NCBI RefSeq assembly: GCF_018350175.1
Contig: NC_058368.1
Location: 20,834,001-20,898,000, forward strand
Source of the DNA: Felis catus
Taxonomy: Eukaryota
DNA length: 64,000 nt
Reading direction: 5' to 3'
A program made the translations under genes and the position numbers. The notes beneath the pieces are model-generated. The model was not told the origin of the DNA, ran no database searches, and saw only the letters and a list, made by a program, of their open reading frames with translations. This document shows positions 12,211 through 25,250 of this stretch, piece after piece (within the stretch, counting starts at the first letter, position 1; every line of letters starts with the position of its first letter).

Positions 12211-12439
12211 AGAGAGCACAGTGGTCTCGCGCATTCGAGACCATAAGTAGCTCCATCGAGCTGGAAGGCATAAGGGCACAGGGACCAACGGGTGCAGAAA
12301 GGACTGTGGTAGGACCCTGGGCTACACGATTTGAAGGAATCCACACATGAAGACTCCTGCACGCCCTTTATGCCATATGTATGTGGTTTGTTCCTGCAGC
12401 TACCCGTTAGAATCACCTGGCAAGTTTTTAGGTCTACTA

Positions 12440-13790
12440 ATGGAGTGCTGTAGCCAAAAATATCTGGACTCTTTGGGGCCCACCCTTCTGCTGAGAAAAC
12501 AGAAAATTAGACAAAATACATTTAAAAAATTTGTTTCAGCATCTGAGAGCTACTGAAAGTGTCAGAATTTGGAGGGCTAAGATCAAGAAGGGGAAAGCCA
12601 AGAGTGGTGATCCGACATGTGGGACAACTGACTGCCAGTTTCAAGATCAGTGCCTGAGAGATTGAGAAGCAGGATCATTCCCAGTCGTTTCAGAGGACTG
12701 GGGACAGAGGGTGGTGAAAATTGGAGTTCAAAGCCCACCAAGGTGTAGTGGACCTGGATTTCATTTGGGACCCCCAAAATTCATACACTAGGAGTAAGTG
12801 TGGCCTGGAAACAAACCAGACTTCATAAAAATTGAAGCCTAGATTTGATTATCTCATTCCCTGGTTGGATTAAGGTGGTCTTATTCTAGTCTAGTTGCCT
12901 TTCAAAAGCAAAAGTAAATTCTCTCTGGTGATAGAGAACATTATATTACAAGAGACTTAAGTTAGCTCCACAGTTTCCCATACACAAGGTTCAACACTCA
13001 ACCAAAACTAACAAAACCCACAGAAAATACAAATCTTGACTGAAAACCAAGAAAAATATCAGACTAGATAAATAGATCCATGCATACAGTAGTTATTATA
13101 AAATCCAGGTCTGGAATTGTCAGACTTTTAATAACCATGGTTAATATACTTGAGAAATTAAATAACAAGGGGGGGAATTTCAGAAGGAATGGTGATTACA
13201 ACAAATATGAAAATAGAGATAATTAAAAATAACTGCAATTAAGACATCAGTAGATAGGTTTAACAGTAGAGTCAAAACAGTGAAAAATAGAAGAAAATAT
13301 CTAGATGCAGGAGTCGAGAGACAGTAGTAATAAAATAGATGAAGGAACCTAATATGAGGTTAACCTTTCTAAAATTCAGGTAATTAGAATCTGATAAGTG
13401 GAAAAAAAGATTTTGGAAGAAGTGATAATGGAGGAGATAGCAGCTGTGAATTTTTTTTTTTTTGATGCAAAAAGTTCAACGAACCCGAAACGGTATAAAT
13501 ACACAAAAATCACACATAAGCACATCATAGTAAAACTTCTGAAAACTGATGGCAAAAACAAACTCTTAAATAGATACAGAAACGATGACACATTATCCTC
13601 AAAGGAGCAATCATAAGACTGTTGACTTGTCAGTGGAAAAATTGAAAGCAAAATCCAAAAGAATATCATCAAAGTTCTTAATGAAAATAAACAGCCAATT
13701 TATTAATTATGCTTTTTGTGAAAATATTCTTCAAAAACTAAGGAAGAAAATTCCACCTTTAAGAACCAGGTAATAGGTTATAGCAGACCA
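12440..13790 (+). mobile_element. Ancient L1 (L1M/L1ME-type) 5'UTR-ORF1 remnant
   Basis: ORFs 13398-13616 and 13585-13773 contain ORF1p C-terminal-like motifs (HKHIIVKLLKT, TVDLSVEKLKA). A-rich plus strand. Confidence 0.7.
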
Positions 13791-13804
13791 ACACTCCTGT
13801 GGCA

Positions 13805-14426
13805 AAAATGAGATGCCGCTAGGCACCTATTAGAATGTCTAACACTTAGGAACTGACCAAAGTGAAAGTTAGTAATTATACAAAGCAACTAGAAATCTTA
13901 TACATTACCTGTCAGATTGCAAAACGGTACAGTCACTTTGGAAAACAGTTGGACACTTTTATATATATACGTATATATATATACATATACATGTATATGT
14001 GTATATATATATGTATAAAGTAAAGCATACACTTATCGTATGAACCAATAATCTCAAGCCTACTTCCATTTACCCAAACAAAACTAATTTTCACATAAAA
14101 AACTGCATGTTAATATTTATAATGGCTTTATTCATAATCACCCCGAACTGGAAACAACTCAAATGTCAAACAACAGGTAAATGAAAAAACTGTGGTATAT
14201 CCATCCATAGAATAGAATATTAAGCAATAAAAAGGAAAAACTATGGAAATTTGACGTCACAGATGAACCTCAAATGCGTTGTTAAAAGCAGCTAAACTCA
14301 AAAGGCTACATTTTGTATTTCTTTTATAAAAAGGGGGGGGGGCAATACCATAGGAGCAGAAAACAGATCCATCATTGCCAGGTGTTGGGGGTAGGAGAAA
14401 GGACTGACTCTGAAGAAGTATAAGAA
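13805..14426 (+). mobile_element. Ancient L1 3' end (L1MD/L1ME-like)
   Basis: GCAAAACGGTACAGTCACTTTGGAAAACAGTTGG, CTGGAAACAACTCAAATGTC and GATGAACCTCAAATGC motifs of the ORF2 end and 3'UTR. Confidence 0.8.
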
Positions 14427-15071
14427 CAGTACCCTGGTAAATGTTTAACAACAAACTCTCTTAATAAAAACTTTCTGATTTGTAGCACTTTTCATTAACC
14501 CTAGTATAAATATTCCCACCATGGCCAATTTTTTTAAGCTTATTTATTTATTTTGAGAGAGAAAGAGAGAGCAGGGGAGGGACAGAGAGACAGGGAGATA
14601 GAATTCCAAGCAGGCTCTGCACTGTCAGCGGGGAGCCTGATACGAGGCTCAAACTTGTGAACCGAATCCTGAGATCATGATCTGAATCGAAACCAAGAGT
14701 CCGACGCTTAACCGACTGAGTCCCCCAAGTGCCCCCCTACCATGGCCAATTTTAAACTACGGATGAGAGGATACTGAACATAATGTTGGGAAGAGATAGG
14801 CAACAGCTCAATATCACACAACATTCCTACTACACAGATATAACAGAGAGAAACGATTTTACAACCATAGATAATAGAGCAGCTTAAAGTAATTAGAAAG
14901 CAGGGAGTTAGCACTTACTACCTTTTTAAAAATATATTGTATGGAATTCTAGGTTTATGTAATTTAAATGATGACTGCTTTTAACAACTGGATTTAGAAA
15001 ATCCCTTAAAGTTTAACAACCTAACAATCCGCTTTCACAAACTGCTACAAACTGGCTCCAACACAGCACTA
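14427..15071 (-). mobile_element. MER63-type hAT-Blackjack DNA transposon (split by a SINE)
   Basis: Left end CAGT...CTGGTAAATGTTTAACAAC. The right-end reverse complement CTAGTGCTGTGTTGGAGCCAG...GATTGTTA matches recalled MER63 termini. Confidence 0.75.
14533..14736 (-). mobile_element. Felid SINEC
   Basis: Head and body on the minus strand. TSD ACCATGGCCAATTTT at 14518-14532 and 14739-14753. Confidence 0.95.
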
Positions 15072-15139
15072 GGCAGGAGGGAAGTTTGTTAATTTCACCA
15101 TATGTGATTTCCAGTTCAAAAAAAAAAAAAAACCCCACA

Positions 15140-15425
15140 AAATATGCATACTGTATATCCTTTGACGCATCAAGATCAATTCTAGGAATTTATCGGCAGT
15201 TATATTCAAACCTGTTCACCATTCATTTTAAGCATAAAATTGAAATTAACCTGAAATTCAGAGGTTAATGAATAATAAATTGTTGTATATCCACACAAGG
15301 AAATATCTTGGCAGCTAGAAAACCCGAGGAACGAAAAAGTGGTTGCTTCTCGAAGGGTGGCCAAAGGATAAAAGTTAAGAGAGACCTCACTGTACATTTA
15401 AAATTTTTACATGTGCATATTTTTT
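15140..15425 (+). mobile_element. L1ME-type 3' fragment
   Basis: TTCTAGGAATTTATC, AATAAATTGTTGTATATCCACACAAGGAAATAT and AGTGGTTGCTTCT motifs. Confidence 0.55.
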
Positions 15426-15689
15426 CAAAAGATAAAGGAGACTTAAATTGATTTTAATCAAAACAAAATAGAGCATTTTCTAATAAAAAAACATTCCGAA
15501 GATACTATTTGGCCAGCACACCTTTGCTTATACTTAAATGCCTTCAGGTACTGTCTCGTGCCTCACTCCTACTTTCTGTATAAGGGAGTGGAGGCTCAGA
15601 GACTGAAAACCTTTCCCAGAGGCACACAGCAATGTAGCTCTGGGAGGTGAAATACACTCTTACTAGACTTGCTAGATTACATTTTGGGC

Positions 15690-15930
15690 AAGTTCAGGGA
15701 CGGTCTAGGAATCTTTAGCAGAGCAACTAAAGCCTAGGGAAGCCAGAAAGGCCCTGCCTGAAAGGGAGTGTGAAAAAGAGAAAGTCAAAGAACCAAAAAT
15801 AGAACCTTGGCGATGCCCACCCTTCAGGAGGACAAGGAGGAGGTGGAGAAGAAACAGAAAAGGAATGGTCAGAAAGAAACAATGTAACTTAATGTGACTT
15901 TATTGCTGAAAATGTTGGGAGAAAACACAT
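15690..15930 (-). mobile_element. L2 fragment
   Basis: GGGAGTGTG...AGAACCAAAAATAGAACCTTGG...CACCCTTCAGGAG matches L2 minus-strand motifs. Confidence 0.55.
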
Positions 15931-18900
15931 GGGGGGGGGGAATTACTCCTTTTCTCTGTTACTTGAACTGAGCTATTCAGACCTTGTCCTGAGTTTTTGA
16001 AACATTGTTGCCACACCTGTGGGCACATACAGGTTGGAACTCTTGGGCCCAAAGCCATGCCTGGGATTCTGGCTTTTCTAGGTCCTGCTATTCAACAATT
16101 AGAAAGCAAGTGTCCTCTACTAACATTTCAGCCAGCAATGGGACACACGAAATTGAACAACTCTCTATCCTGTGGGCACCTGATCTTGGACAATTTAGGG
16201 TAAGTTATGAAGGAATGGGCTTAACCCATTGCTTCTTGTTTTCTTTCTACCTTCAGTGGGAGAAAGAGTAAAGAATGATAGTAACTCCCTGCTCCACAAA
16301 AACAACAAAAGAGGTAATATGCTGTGTGGAAGTCAGCTGGAGCGAGGAAATCAGGAACAGCTGGGCCTAGCACAGTGCACTTATATACGCCTTTTTTGAA
16401 AGACAGATCGGAATGGCTCAAGAGGAAAGCACCGGAGACGCACTAACTTCTAAAACTCTGAACTCACCAGCTGGAGACGGGGCTTGTGCTGGGAAAACTT
16501 AAGAGTCACTGGAGAGTATTTAGTTCTCCAAGTGAGTAGCAAAACTGTGCTAATGAGGTCTTTAACACCTGTACTGCAACCAGCAGCTGAGTCTAAGCAG
16601 AACCAGGTGGGGCAGCCAACGGCTTGGAGGTGGCCAAAGGGGGCTCAGAAACAGAAGTGGAATCCACCGTGCCTGGTTGGTAGGAGGCAGATGTTGGTTT
16701 CCCGTTTTAGGTTTTTCTGTTTCCCACATATGAATGTACAGTTACACATCAAATCGGAAATGCTAACTTAAAAAACCACACATTGCATTCAATTAATCTT
16801 CCCCAGCTAGTCATCCCCTAGTCACTTGTTTTGGTCTCTGAGCATGTGACAGTTCAGGCACTAGAGGCAGCTCTGAGTCTGTCCGTCGTCACCTCCAGAA
16901 AGTGTTCATACACACAACAGCAGGTGGCTAGAGCAGGAGAGATGGGATGCAGGAAGAGAAAACATCCTTCCAGGACGTCCCTTGGCATGCTTTGGTCTCG
17001 TTGTCTGTCTACGTTCTTTCCTCTGAACTAAAGAAGACGTCTAAGCACCTCTACGTCCCTTGTCCCCAGAACACTCCCTATTACCTGCCTCTTCCCCACT
17101 CAGGTTCTGACAGAGCTAATAGTGATAACTAGACACATGAAACACGAAACAGCGACTTGCTCATCTCGCTAAGGAGCTGAAAACTAAAAAAGGCAAGATT
17201 TCAGGTAGACTGGATAGGAAAATGTGACTTGGAGCTAAAGGCAAATGTGAGGTTTCCTACCTTGAATCTGAATCTTGGATTCTATGTGGTGAGGCGTCCT
17301 ACAGGGAGAGGGAGAGAGGAACTTGGCCTGCTCCTGCAGGGCGGACCTGGAGGCTAATGACCCAGCCACCCCGATCACAGGTGGAACAGCAGGAGAATGG
17401 CCCATCTGCAGCCCTGCTCCCTGCGAATGTGGTCGGATAAATCTCAAACCCTGGCCAATCAAATTAACGACTGCTTCTGGAATGAGAACATTAAGGAGGC
17501 CCCCAGGTGGGCAGAGTACCCCTTTCTCATACTCTAGGAGCTGGAGCGGGAAAATAGGGACTGAAGGACAGAGGGAAGTGATTTTTTCTCTGTACCTCCC
17601 CTTGCCAACAAAGACTGAAACACATTATAGAGTCCCCCACGACTAGGATTCTTCAGCCTAACAGGTGGAAAATTTTTTTCCTGAACCAAATCCTCCTTTC
17701 AATAAAACTATAAATGTCACAAATTGCATCTTTATAACAAACACATAACTGAAACTTGCCAGACTTCTTTGAGCTCCAAATCCAGCTTCTATAGAAATCT
17801 GCTGAAAACTGTATTCTACTCATCAGTGTTCGAAAATAGGAAAGGTAGCTCATGCTATGATTGCATCTGGTGAGACAAAAGCATAAAATTAAGTTGGTCA
17901 CTATTTACTTTTTCCAAATTGAGTGTAATAGGTTACAATTCTTTGGATTATTGGGATTTAAATAGGACTCCCAGACGTTGTGGTAAGTTAATAGCTTACG
18001 CTTAAGTTTCCATTGGCAATTAATGTCCGCTTTTGAATCAGTGTTCCTTAATTTCATACTACATTTACATTTATTAAGTAGTCAAATATTTATGGGCACT
18101 GCACAATGCTCATATAAATGCTCACAAGCATCCTGATTAGTTATAAAACACTGCTCTGGCCAATATTTCTTGTGAAGATACTGAGATATGTGTTTTCACA
18201 GTTTAAGTTTGCAATGACTATCTTGGTTAATGTTTACACACTGTGTGTGTTAGAAAAGCAGGTGTAAATAGTGTCCCACAGTCTCTAATTAAACAGAGGT
18301 GGTTTTCCCCTTCAACTGGATTGGATTGATGAACTCACGGGAAACACTGATTCGTGGGAATCGGGGGACATTTTTTTCTAGTTATTCTTGGGATTTGGTC
18401 CATGAAAATAGCTTTTGGAATTGACCGGGAAATAAACTGATGCAAAAATAAATGTCTTCTTCGACTTCAAGAACTGGAGACTTCTTCACGCCTAATGTTC
18501 AAAAAGCGTAAGCAAACAAAAAGATGTTCTGTTTCTTCCACACGGAACTAATTAGTTTCAGCTGTGTTTTGAGACCTCATCAAGCCAATTATGATATTGG
18601 GATCATTTAAACAGCAGAACTTCTACTGAGGATGAAGTGAACTTGGGATGGTAAGACGATCTCTACGATGTATGTACTGCTTTAGGCTTTAAAAAATCTC
18701 CTATCATGCCCTGAATCCATTATCTTCTCCCCATTCTAACTCTGAGCAAAGGGACGTGCAACAGTAGTGGGTCCCACAGCAAACGAGTAACAGAACTCAG
18801 TCTAGTACAGGGGTCTTCATTCTCGGACTATGGCTTTCTTGTACTAGGCCAGTGGTTTACAAACTCTTTGGGGCCATGGGAATCTCCAACAAAATCTTAT

Positions 18901-18931
18901 CAGGAAGCCTAATATTTAAAACAGAGTAACT

Positions 18932-19180
18932 GGGGCGCCTGGGTGGCACAGTCGGTTAAGCATCCGACTTCAGCCAGGTCACGATCTCGCGGTCCGTGAG
19001 TTCGAGCCCCGCGTCGGGCTCTGGGCTGATGGCTCAGAGCCTGGAGCCTGTTTCCGATTCTGTGTCTCCCTCTCTCTCCCCCTCCCCCGTTCATGCTCTG
19101 TCTCTCTCTGTCCCAAAAATAAGTAAACGTTGAAAAAAAAATTTAAAAAAAAAATTAAAAAAAATTTAAAAAAATAAAAT
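18932..19180 (+). mobile_element. Young felid SINEC_Fc, full length
   Basis: GGGGCGCCTGGGTGGC...GTTCGAGCCCCGCGTCGGG with CpGs retained and a long A-tail. TSD AAAAC(A/G)GAGTAACT at 18918-18931 and 19181-19194. Confidence 0.97.
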
Positions 19181-19599
19181 AAAACGGAGTAACTTGGCTT
19201 GATAATTCCAGGCCGATTCCAGTGCTTCCATCAATTTTCAAGATGCTTGCCGGATTGCAAGAATTTGCAAGAAAACCGATTTTTTTTCCCTTACTTCATC
19301 TCCCAAAGAAATGGAGCTCAGAAGCCTTCTAAAGGCTTCTTAAGCTAAGGGTCTCATCACTGCTCATGGGCAGTGCTGTCACCAAGCAGGTTGACACCCA
19401 GGTGCCATATGCACTTCAACCGAATTTGAAGGTGGGAGGCCTACCTGCAGCATTTCTCCAGGTATTGGCCTTGCATTTGGGACCGTGCAGAAAAACATCA
19501 AAAAGAAGACCTAACTGAATCCCTCAAGACTCCCTCCCTTAACCACTGGTTAGCACATCCTTTCTTGAACAGTCTGTGAGAAAAGAAGGCAAGAAGAAA

Positions 19600-19830
19600 C
19601 TCAATATATGTGAGTGTCTGCTGTTAGGCAAGGGATGTTTATGTAAGATGCTTCCACATCCCACCCGGCTTTGTGAAATGGGTAGTTTTGTTCTCATTTT
19701 ACGAAGGGAGAAAACAAGACTCAAAGTGGCTTCACACCTTGCCCGGGGGACTCTGTTAAGGGTTGGAATTTCAACCTGGGCATGTCAAATCCTGATGCCC
19801 ATGTTCTTTCCACCACCCCATCTCTGAGCC
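19600..19830 (-). mobile_element. MIR
   Basis: TTCTCATTTTACGAAGGGAGAAAACAAGACTCAAAGTGG...CTTGCCCGGGG...GGAATTTCAACCTGGG. Confidence 0.75.
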
Positions 19831-20501
19831 TCTTACTGCTGGTGTCTCTCATAATCACCAGAAACAACAAACTACTGGGCACAGATTTATATTACAAGGT
19901 ACCTTTTTATTATAAAAGCCAGATCTCCTCAGTTAGTAGACTATGGGCACTTTGAGGCAACCAGACCATGATAGATTTTGCTTTGAACAATGTCTCATGT
20001 ATAAAAGGGGGTTCCCTAGTCTGATTCCCTCTTTTCAAAATGATAATTCTGCATGCCATTATAATCTGTATTTATGATTACATGCTATGCTATTTATAGA
20101 CTTGAAAGACACGAATGGGTATCACTGACAGAAACACCTCTTTCCGTTCTATTATAGGATGGCCTGTACTAATCAGACACCCAGGTCTGTTAGTTTGGGT
20201 TTTGTTTGATCAAATGAAGTAGTTGCTCAAGTCAAGGAGGACACAGATGCCATTCATGTCCAGGGAGATTCTTTGGCAGGAGAGGACTACACATTTCTAA
20301 ATACACTGATTGAGTTCTCTGTTCTTGAGTTTTCATGGCTATGGATGATCCTTTGCATCAGATCATCCAAAAAAACATACCAGAGCTGTCATTTCTGAAT
20401 GCACTCGTGATGAATTTCCTCTTACTGAGTAGCTCTTTCTGGAAGAGTTCCTGGAGGTATATATCATTTGATTTCACAATAGCAAGTGCAGTTGCCCATA
20501 C

Positions 20502-20570
20502 AAAAAAAAAAAAAAAGAAAAAAAAGAGGAAGAAGAAAAGAAGGAGGAAAGAGAAGGAAGAGGAGAAGGC
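20502..20570 (+). repeat. Poly(A)/GA-rich low-complexity tract
   Basis: Direct reading. Confidence 0.85.
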
Positions 20571-20883
20571 AGAATTATCTTTTTCTATTACGTGTAATTT
20601 TTTTTTAATCCAGCCTTTGCTCCTTTCTCTGCAATAACAGTAATATTAGGAGATGGGACATTCTGGCAATTTCTTAGAATACAATCCTTTACCCCCAAAT
20701 TTTAAATTATACTTGGCACTAAATGACAGCAGAGCATTGGTATCAAATAATATACCCGGGGAATATCTATACAGACACAACACACAGTTCGAATCAAAGG
20801 ACATAACTTCTCATTTCCTGAAAGTAGATCTTCTCTAGTTGAAAGGAGGAACCTGGATTTGGAACCCACTCAGCCTTCCCTCC

Positions 20884-21244
20884 TGTCTTAGCTCGGGCTA
20901 CTACAACACATTACCATAGGTGGTTTAAACGATAAACATTCATTTCTCACTGTTCTGGAGGCTAGGAAGTCCAAGATCAAGGTGCCAGCAGACTCAGCTT
21001 CTAGTGAGAACTCACCTCCTGGTTTTGACCCATCTGCCTGCTTGCTGGATCTGGTGGAGAGAAAGAAAGGGCTCTGGTCTCTTCTTTTAAGGATATCAAT
21101 CCCATCGTGGGGGCTCCACCCTCATGACTGCCGCAAATCCTAATTAACTCCCAAAGGCTCCACCCCAAATACCATCACAATGGGGGTTAGGGCTTCAACA
21201 TATTTATTTGGGGGAGGGTGAGCATAAACATTCAGTCTATAATA
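20884..21244 (-). mobile_element. MaLR solo LTR (MLT1A-type)
   Basis: TGTCTTAG...TTCTGGAGGCTAGGAAGTCCAAGATCAAGGTGCCAGCAGA...AAACATTCAGTCTATAATA. Perfect 5-bp TSD CCTCC at 20879-20883 and 21245-21249. Confidence 0.93.
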
Positions 21245-22183
21245 CCTCCCCTCTTGCTCCCTACTTTTTACTGCCCTTCCAAAGGACTCTGCAGAGCCAG
21301 ATTTGGAAACTCCAGTTCTCACATGGACTCTCCTTCCAGGGAATACTCCCTGCAAAACAAAGGCATTCTCCTTTTCCCTTTGTTTCAGCTGACAAACAGC
21401 CTTGCAGAACCCCCGACAATAGTTCTCCTTCAAATAACTGGAATTCTGAAGGTGGCCTCAGGGGAAGGGGGATGGGAGGGAAGAAAGTTGTAATAGCAGC
21501 AAATTCTTCATTCTGTAAGGCCCCTTTTTGTTGCCATAATATTTTCTTTTTCCCATAAGGAAAAACAAAATCGTTTTGGTAAATATTTTTAGTAAATTTA
21601 GAAATAATTCTCAAAATTACAAAAGAATTCGTGCTCATTTAACTTGGTACAAATAAATTTAGCCTGTGTCTCTGAACCAAACTTTGGGTTTTAAAAACTT
21701 GAAACAGCCTAGCTGTTTCCGGATACACACAACGAGCTGCAAATCCTCGTGGCCAGAGATTGCTAATTAGAAGGTCCTGTGATATTTCAAAAATATGAAA
21801 AATCCTGTGCTTTGAAAACCATTGGCGGCAACGACAACAACAAAAAAGATAAAACAAAACAAAAACTGGCAAAGTCAGAGTGATGGGCATCCATTTGCAT
21901 GCGGGGAAACTGAGCTAAAAGGCTCTGGGCTCCAAAGCATGAGAGGGGTGTTTTCCGGTACTGCTAAAGCCTTGCCCTCAGGCTCCCTTGTATAGCTCCA
22001 GCCCTTAGGAAGTTTGCAAGCACCTGGAATGTCCAGAAGGTTGCCCCTGCCTATTGGAACTCTGCATGGTCAGAGGGCAGAAAAAGCCTTTGGTGGCCTC
22101 TACTCCTTAGCCTTACAAGCATATCTCGGGGGGAGGTTTATAACCAGCAAACTGTTAATGAAAAGAGCAAGAGGATACCAAAG

Positions 22184-22416
22184 TTTTTATTTTTATTTAT
22201 TTTAAGTTTATTTATTTTTAGAGAGAGAGAGAGAGAGAGCATGCCCACATGTGAGCAGGGGAAGGAAGGTGAGAGAGGGAGAGAGGGAATCCCAAGCAGG
22301 CTCCACACTGTCCGTGTGGAGTCTGATTCGGGGCTCGAACTCATGAACTGTGAGATCATGCCCTAAGCTGAAACCAAGAGTTGGATACTTAATTGACCGA
22401 GCCACCCAGACGCCCC
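22184..22416 (-). mobile_element. Felid SINEC
   Basis: Full-length body. TSD AAGAGG(A/C)TACCAAAG at 22169-22183 and 22417-22431. Confidence 0.95.
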
Positions 22417-25009
22417 AAGAGGCTACCAAAGGTTTGAGGTAATAAACTTAAAAACACGAAGAGTTCATTCCAAGTTACCCCTACAGTAATACCTCTTTTG
22501 TTCACTTGTGTTCTCGGGCACTTTCTTGAGCAGGGGAGAGAGCTGTGGGGTTTCAGCCAGCACCTGCAGAAATGCACCTCACTCATGGTCTATTTTAAGG
22601 ATGCAGCAGCCTGCAGTCTATGCCCATGGGACTAAGTCACTCAGAAGGCATCATCTGCCACATTCGATGGCAGAAATAAAGACTGAGAACCGCCAGGTGA
22701 TGAGATACCTAGATGTCTGCCTTCTCTCCCCACAGCAAGTTTGCAATCTCTGAGACTTTTGCTCTGAGGCCTCTGCTTCCAGAGGCCGCGAACACACACG
22801 AGTGGCAGGAAATAGCTACAACCCAAGGAAACTTTACCTGCCAATCCCCACCATTTAATTCCCCTAGAGGACTCTAGTGGAACTTTAATGAAATTAAGCT
22901 GAGGTTCCCAAGGCAATTATAGGTGGCCACATTTGCAAATAGCAATTTATACACCTGTTTGGGGCAGCCGTTTGCCTCTATCCTGATCTGTTTTTCTACT
23001 AACTCTTCTTAAGAACAGCTCACCTTGCATGAATAAAACACGATGCTGTCTTATTGCCCTAATAGAGCAGAGCTATTTAAAATTTATTCTGGCCACTCTT
23101 CTAGTAAAGCAAGTCATTGTATACTGCCTTTTCTATTTGCTTATGAATGTGGAATTGTATGCATTTTGTGGGCTCAAAGCAGGGCATCTCTATGTTGTAA
23201 GCAGGCCGATGAAATCTATGGTTCATTGAACGAACACTTGATTAAAAATGAAAATGTTCATGCCCTTTGTTCAATGAAAAGTGTCTGTGTCTTAAGTAAA
23301 TAACACAGATTCTGAGGAAAGGATGAGACTGAGAGTGGGGTCCTGTTCAGAGACTGAACAGTGGGGACTCCGCTGTTTTGTGGTATAGGAGTGGCTAGGG
23401 GGTGGGGGCGCGGCAGTTCTCACCGGTGCAGGTTTAGAGAGTTTGCCACCTTCGGCAGCATGCCTGAAGCTCGCGTGGTAATCTACACGTAGAATGGAAT
23501 CCGGCTTTCATCCCACAGACATAGCCCTCTCTGCACCGGAGCAGCCGTTTCCCTATGGTGCTCACGAAAGCCTCCGCAAACACACATGGAGGTCACTGGC
23601 CAGAGTTCTGTCCTGCAGGGCGAAGCCAGCCCTCTCATAGCTGCTGAGTCCCAGGACCTGCTCCTCAGGCAGGAAGATCGATCACGAGGTAGTTTATTTA
23701 GTCAGAGGATCACGGGTGAGTCAGGAGACGAGGAAATTCAGAAACCAAAGTCAAAAGTGATTGTGTATAGAAGAGGAAACCAGCTGCACCTGGCAGTCTG
23801 CTACCAAATCAGAAAGGGCTGTAATGGAAAACGGATGCGTTTATAGAAAATCCACCTCCCGTCCCCCACGGCCAAAACTGCTGCCCTCTTCACAGGGAGT
23901 CAATGTATTGAGTTTGGCAGCTCTCGTAGAGCTTGCCATGCCAGGGAGGTTATTAAAACTCAACTGAAATGGTTTCATAACTCAAACTGGAAACAAGAGT
24001 GAGGAAAATGCTAACACCAAAGTGACAGACCAGAACGAAATGGAGCTAGGTTCGTAGGCTCTCTGGCTCATGTTTCAGGAGGTCCCACGTGTTAAAATAG
24101 GCTGAAAAGTTAGCTAAATAAAACAAAGTGCCAAGCAAGACATTTAACACCCTTGAAAGGGGGCTTACCAATGAGAGGGTTCCATGATTCATATTGTTGA
24201 CTGAGCTTCATTTTTAGGAGTCTGAAGACAAGATTAATTATGACTACATCCCTTAAAATATCTGCTGCATATGGGGGATTTTAACCTCCCCCCACCCCCA
24301 CCCCACCCTCACCTCCTAACGTTTTTCAGTGATTTGAAGGATCTCAGAGGTATTTTCTGGTTCTCAAGGATGAACATTCCCCTTCCTCACCAGCACCAGT
24401 GGTGGTACTCTGAGAGTACCAGAGATTAGAAAAGTAGATGAGTGATGTGTTTACTGTCACATATTATAGACTTGAAGAGTGCAGGCCAAAACCTTTTTGG
24501 AAAAACATACTAATTTCAGAGTAATACAATTTAGAACACTTGCTAAAACTTCAGAGGGACTGATGTTAGCAGGGTAGCTCAGGAGAGCTACCAACAGATT
24601 ATACTTATTTTTCCTGGTAGTTTTGTGTGTGTCCAAATAGAGCTATCGCTGCAAAACATCAGCTATCATCTCTGGGAGGCCTTCAGTTGAGAAGTGACAA
24701 ATGACTTTCATCTTTGAAGCCAAAATGGAAGTTTTCAGGCCTCCTGAAAAGGGTAGTGATAGGCAGCAGCCATGAGAAAACATGGTAAAACCAAGTCATG
24801 ACCATGTAGCTCAGAGGAGAGAGAAAGGGCTGAATCCCCAATCCCAGTGGCCATGACCAAAAGTGGTGGTAAGAATTTTCATAAAGAGGACAGGAATGTC
24901 AGAGCTAGTGGTCAACAGCTAATGTTCCTTGTGGCTTCTAAAAACAATTCAGTGACTGTTTTGTTCATTTCAAAAATAGACATGTTCTATAGTCACTTTT
25001 TTCCCCCAT

Positions 25010-25250
25010 AAACTTTTGCCTCCCATTCAACAGCACATCCTGGCAACTCTGCCTTCAAAATGTACTCAGATTCCAGTATTTATCACCACTACAACACTAT
25101 GGTGATCGAGCATGATTACATCTCACCTGGATTATTGGAGTAGCCTCCCATCAGTTTTCCCTGAACCTACCCTGCCTCCATGGGGCTAGTTCTCAGTGCA
25201 GCATCCAGAGTGACCCATAGATACAGAGGAGCTCTGTTCAGAACCTCATC
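25010..25250 (+). mobile_element. L2 fragment
   Basis: CTCTGCCTTCAAAAT...CATCTCACCTGGATTATTGGAGTAGCCTCC...GCAGCATCCAGAGTGA. Confidence 0.75.

Noticed and set aside
18932..19010. tRNA-like A/B boxes
   Set aside because: These are SINE heads, not tRNA genes. The same applies to every SINE in the window.
20335..20637. 100-aa ORF with a poly-Lys/Glu tract
   Set aside because: The tract comes from a poly(A)/GA low-complexity run. There is no splice or domain support.
24403..24421. Short palindrome TGGTACTCT-G-AGAGTACCA
   Set aside because: A 9-bp-arm palindrome is within chance expectation for 64 kb.
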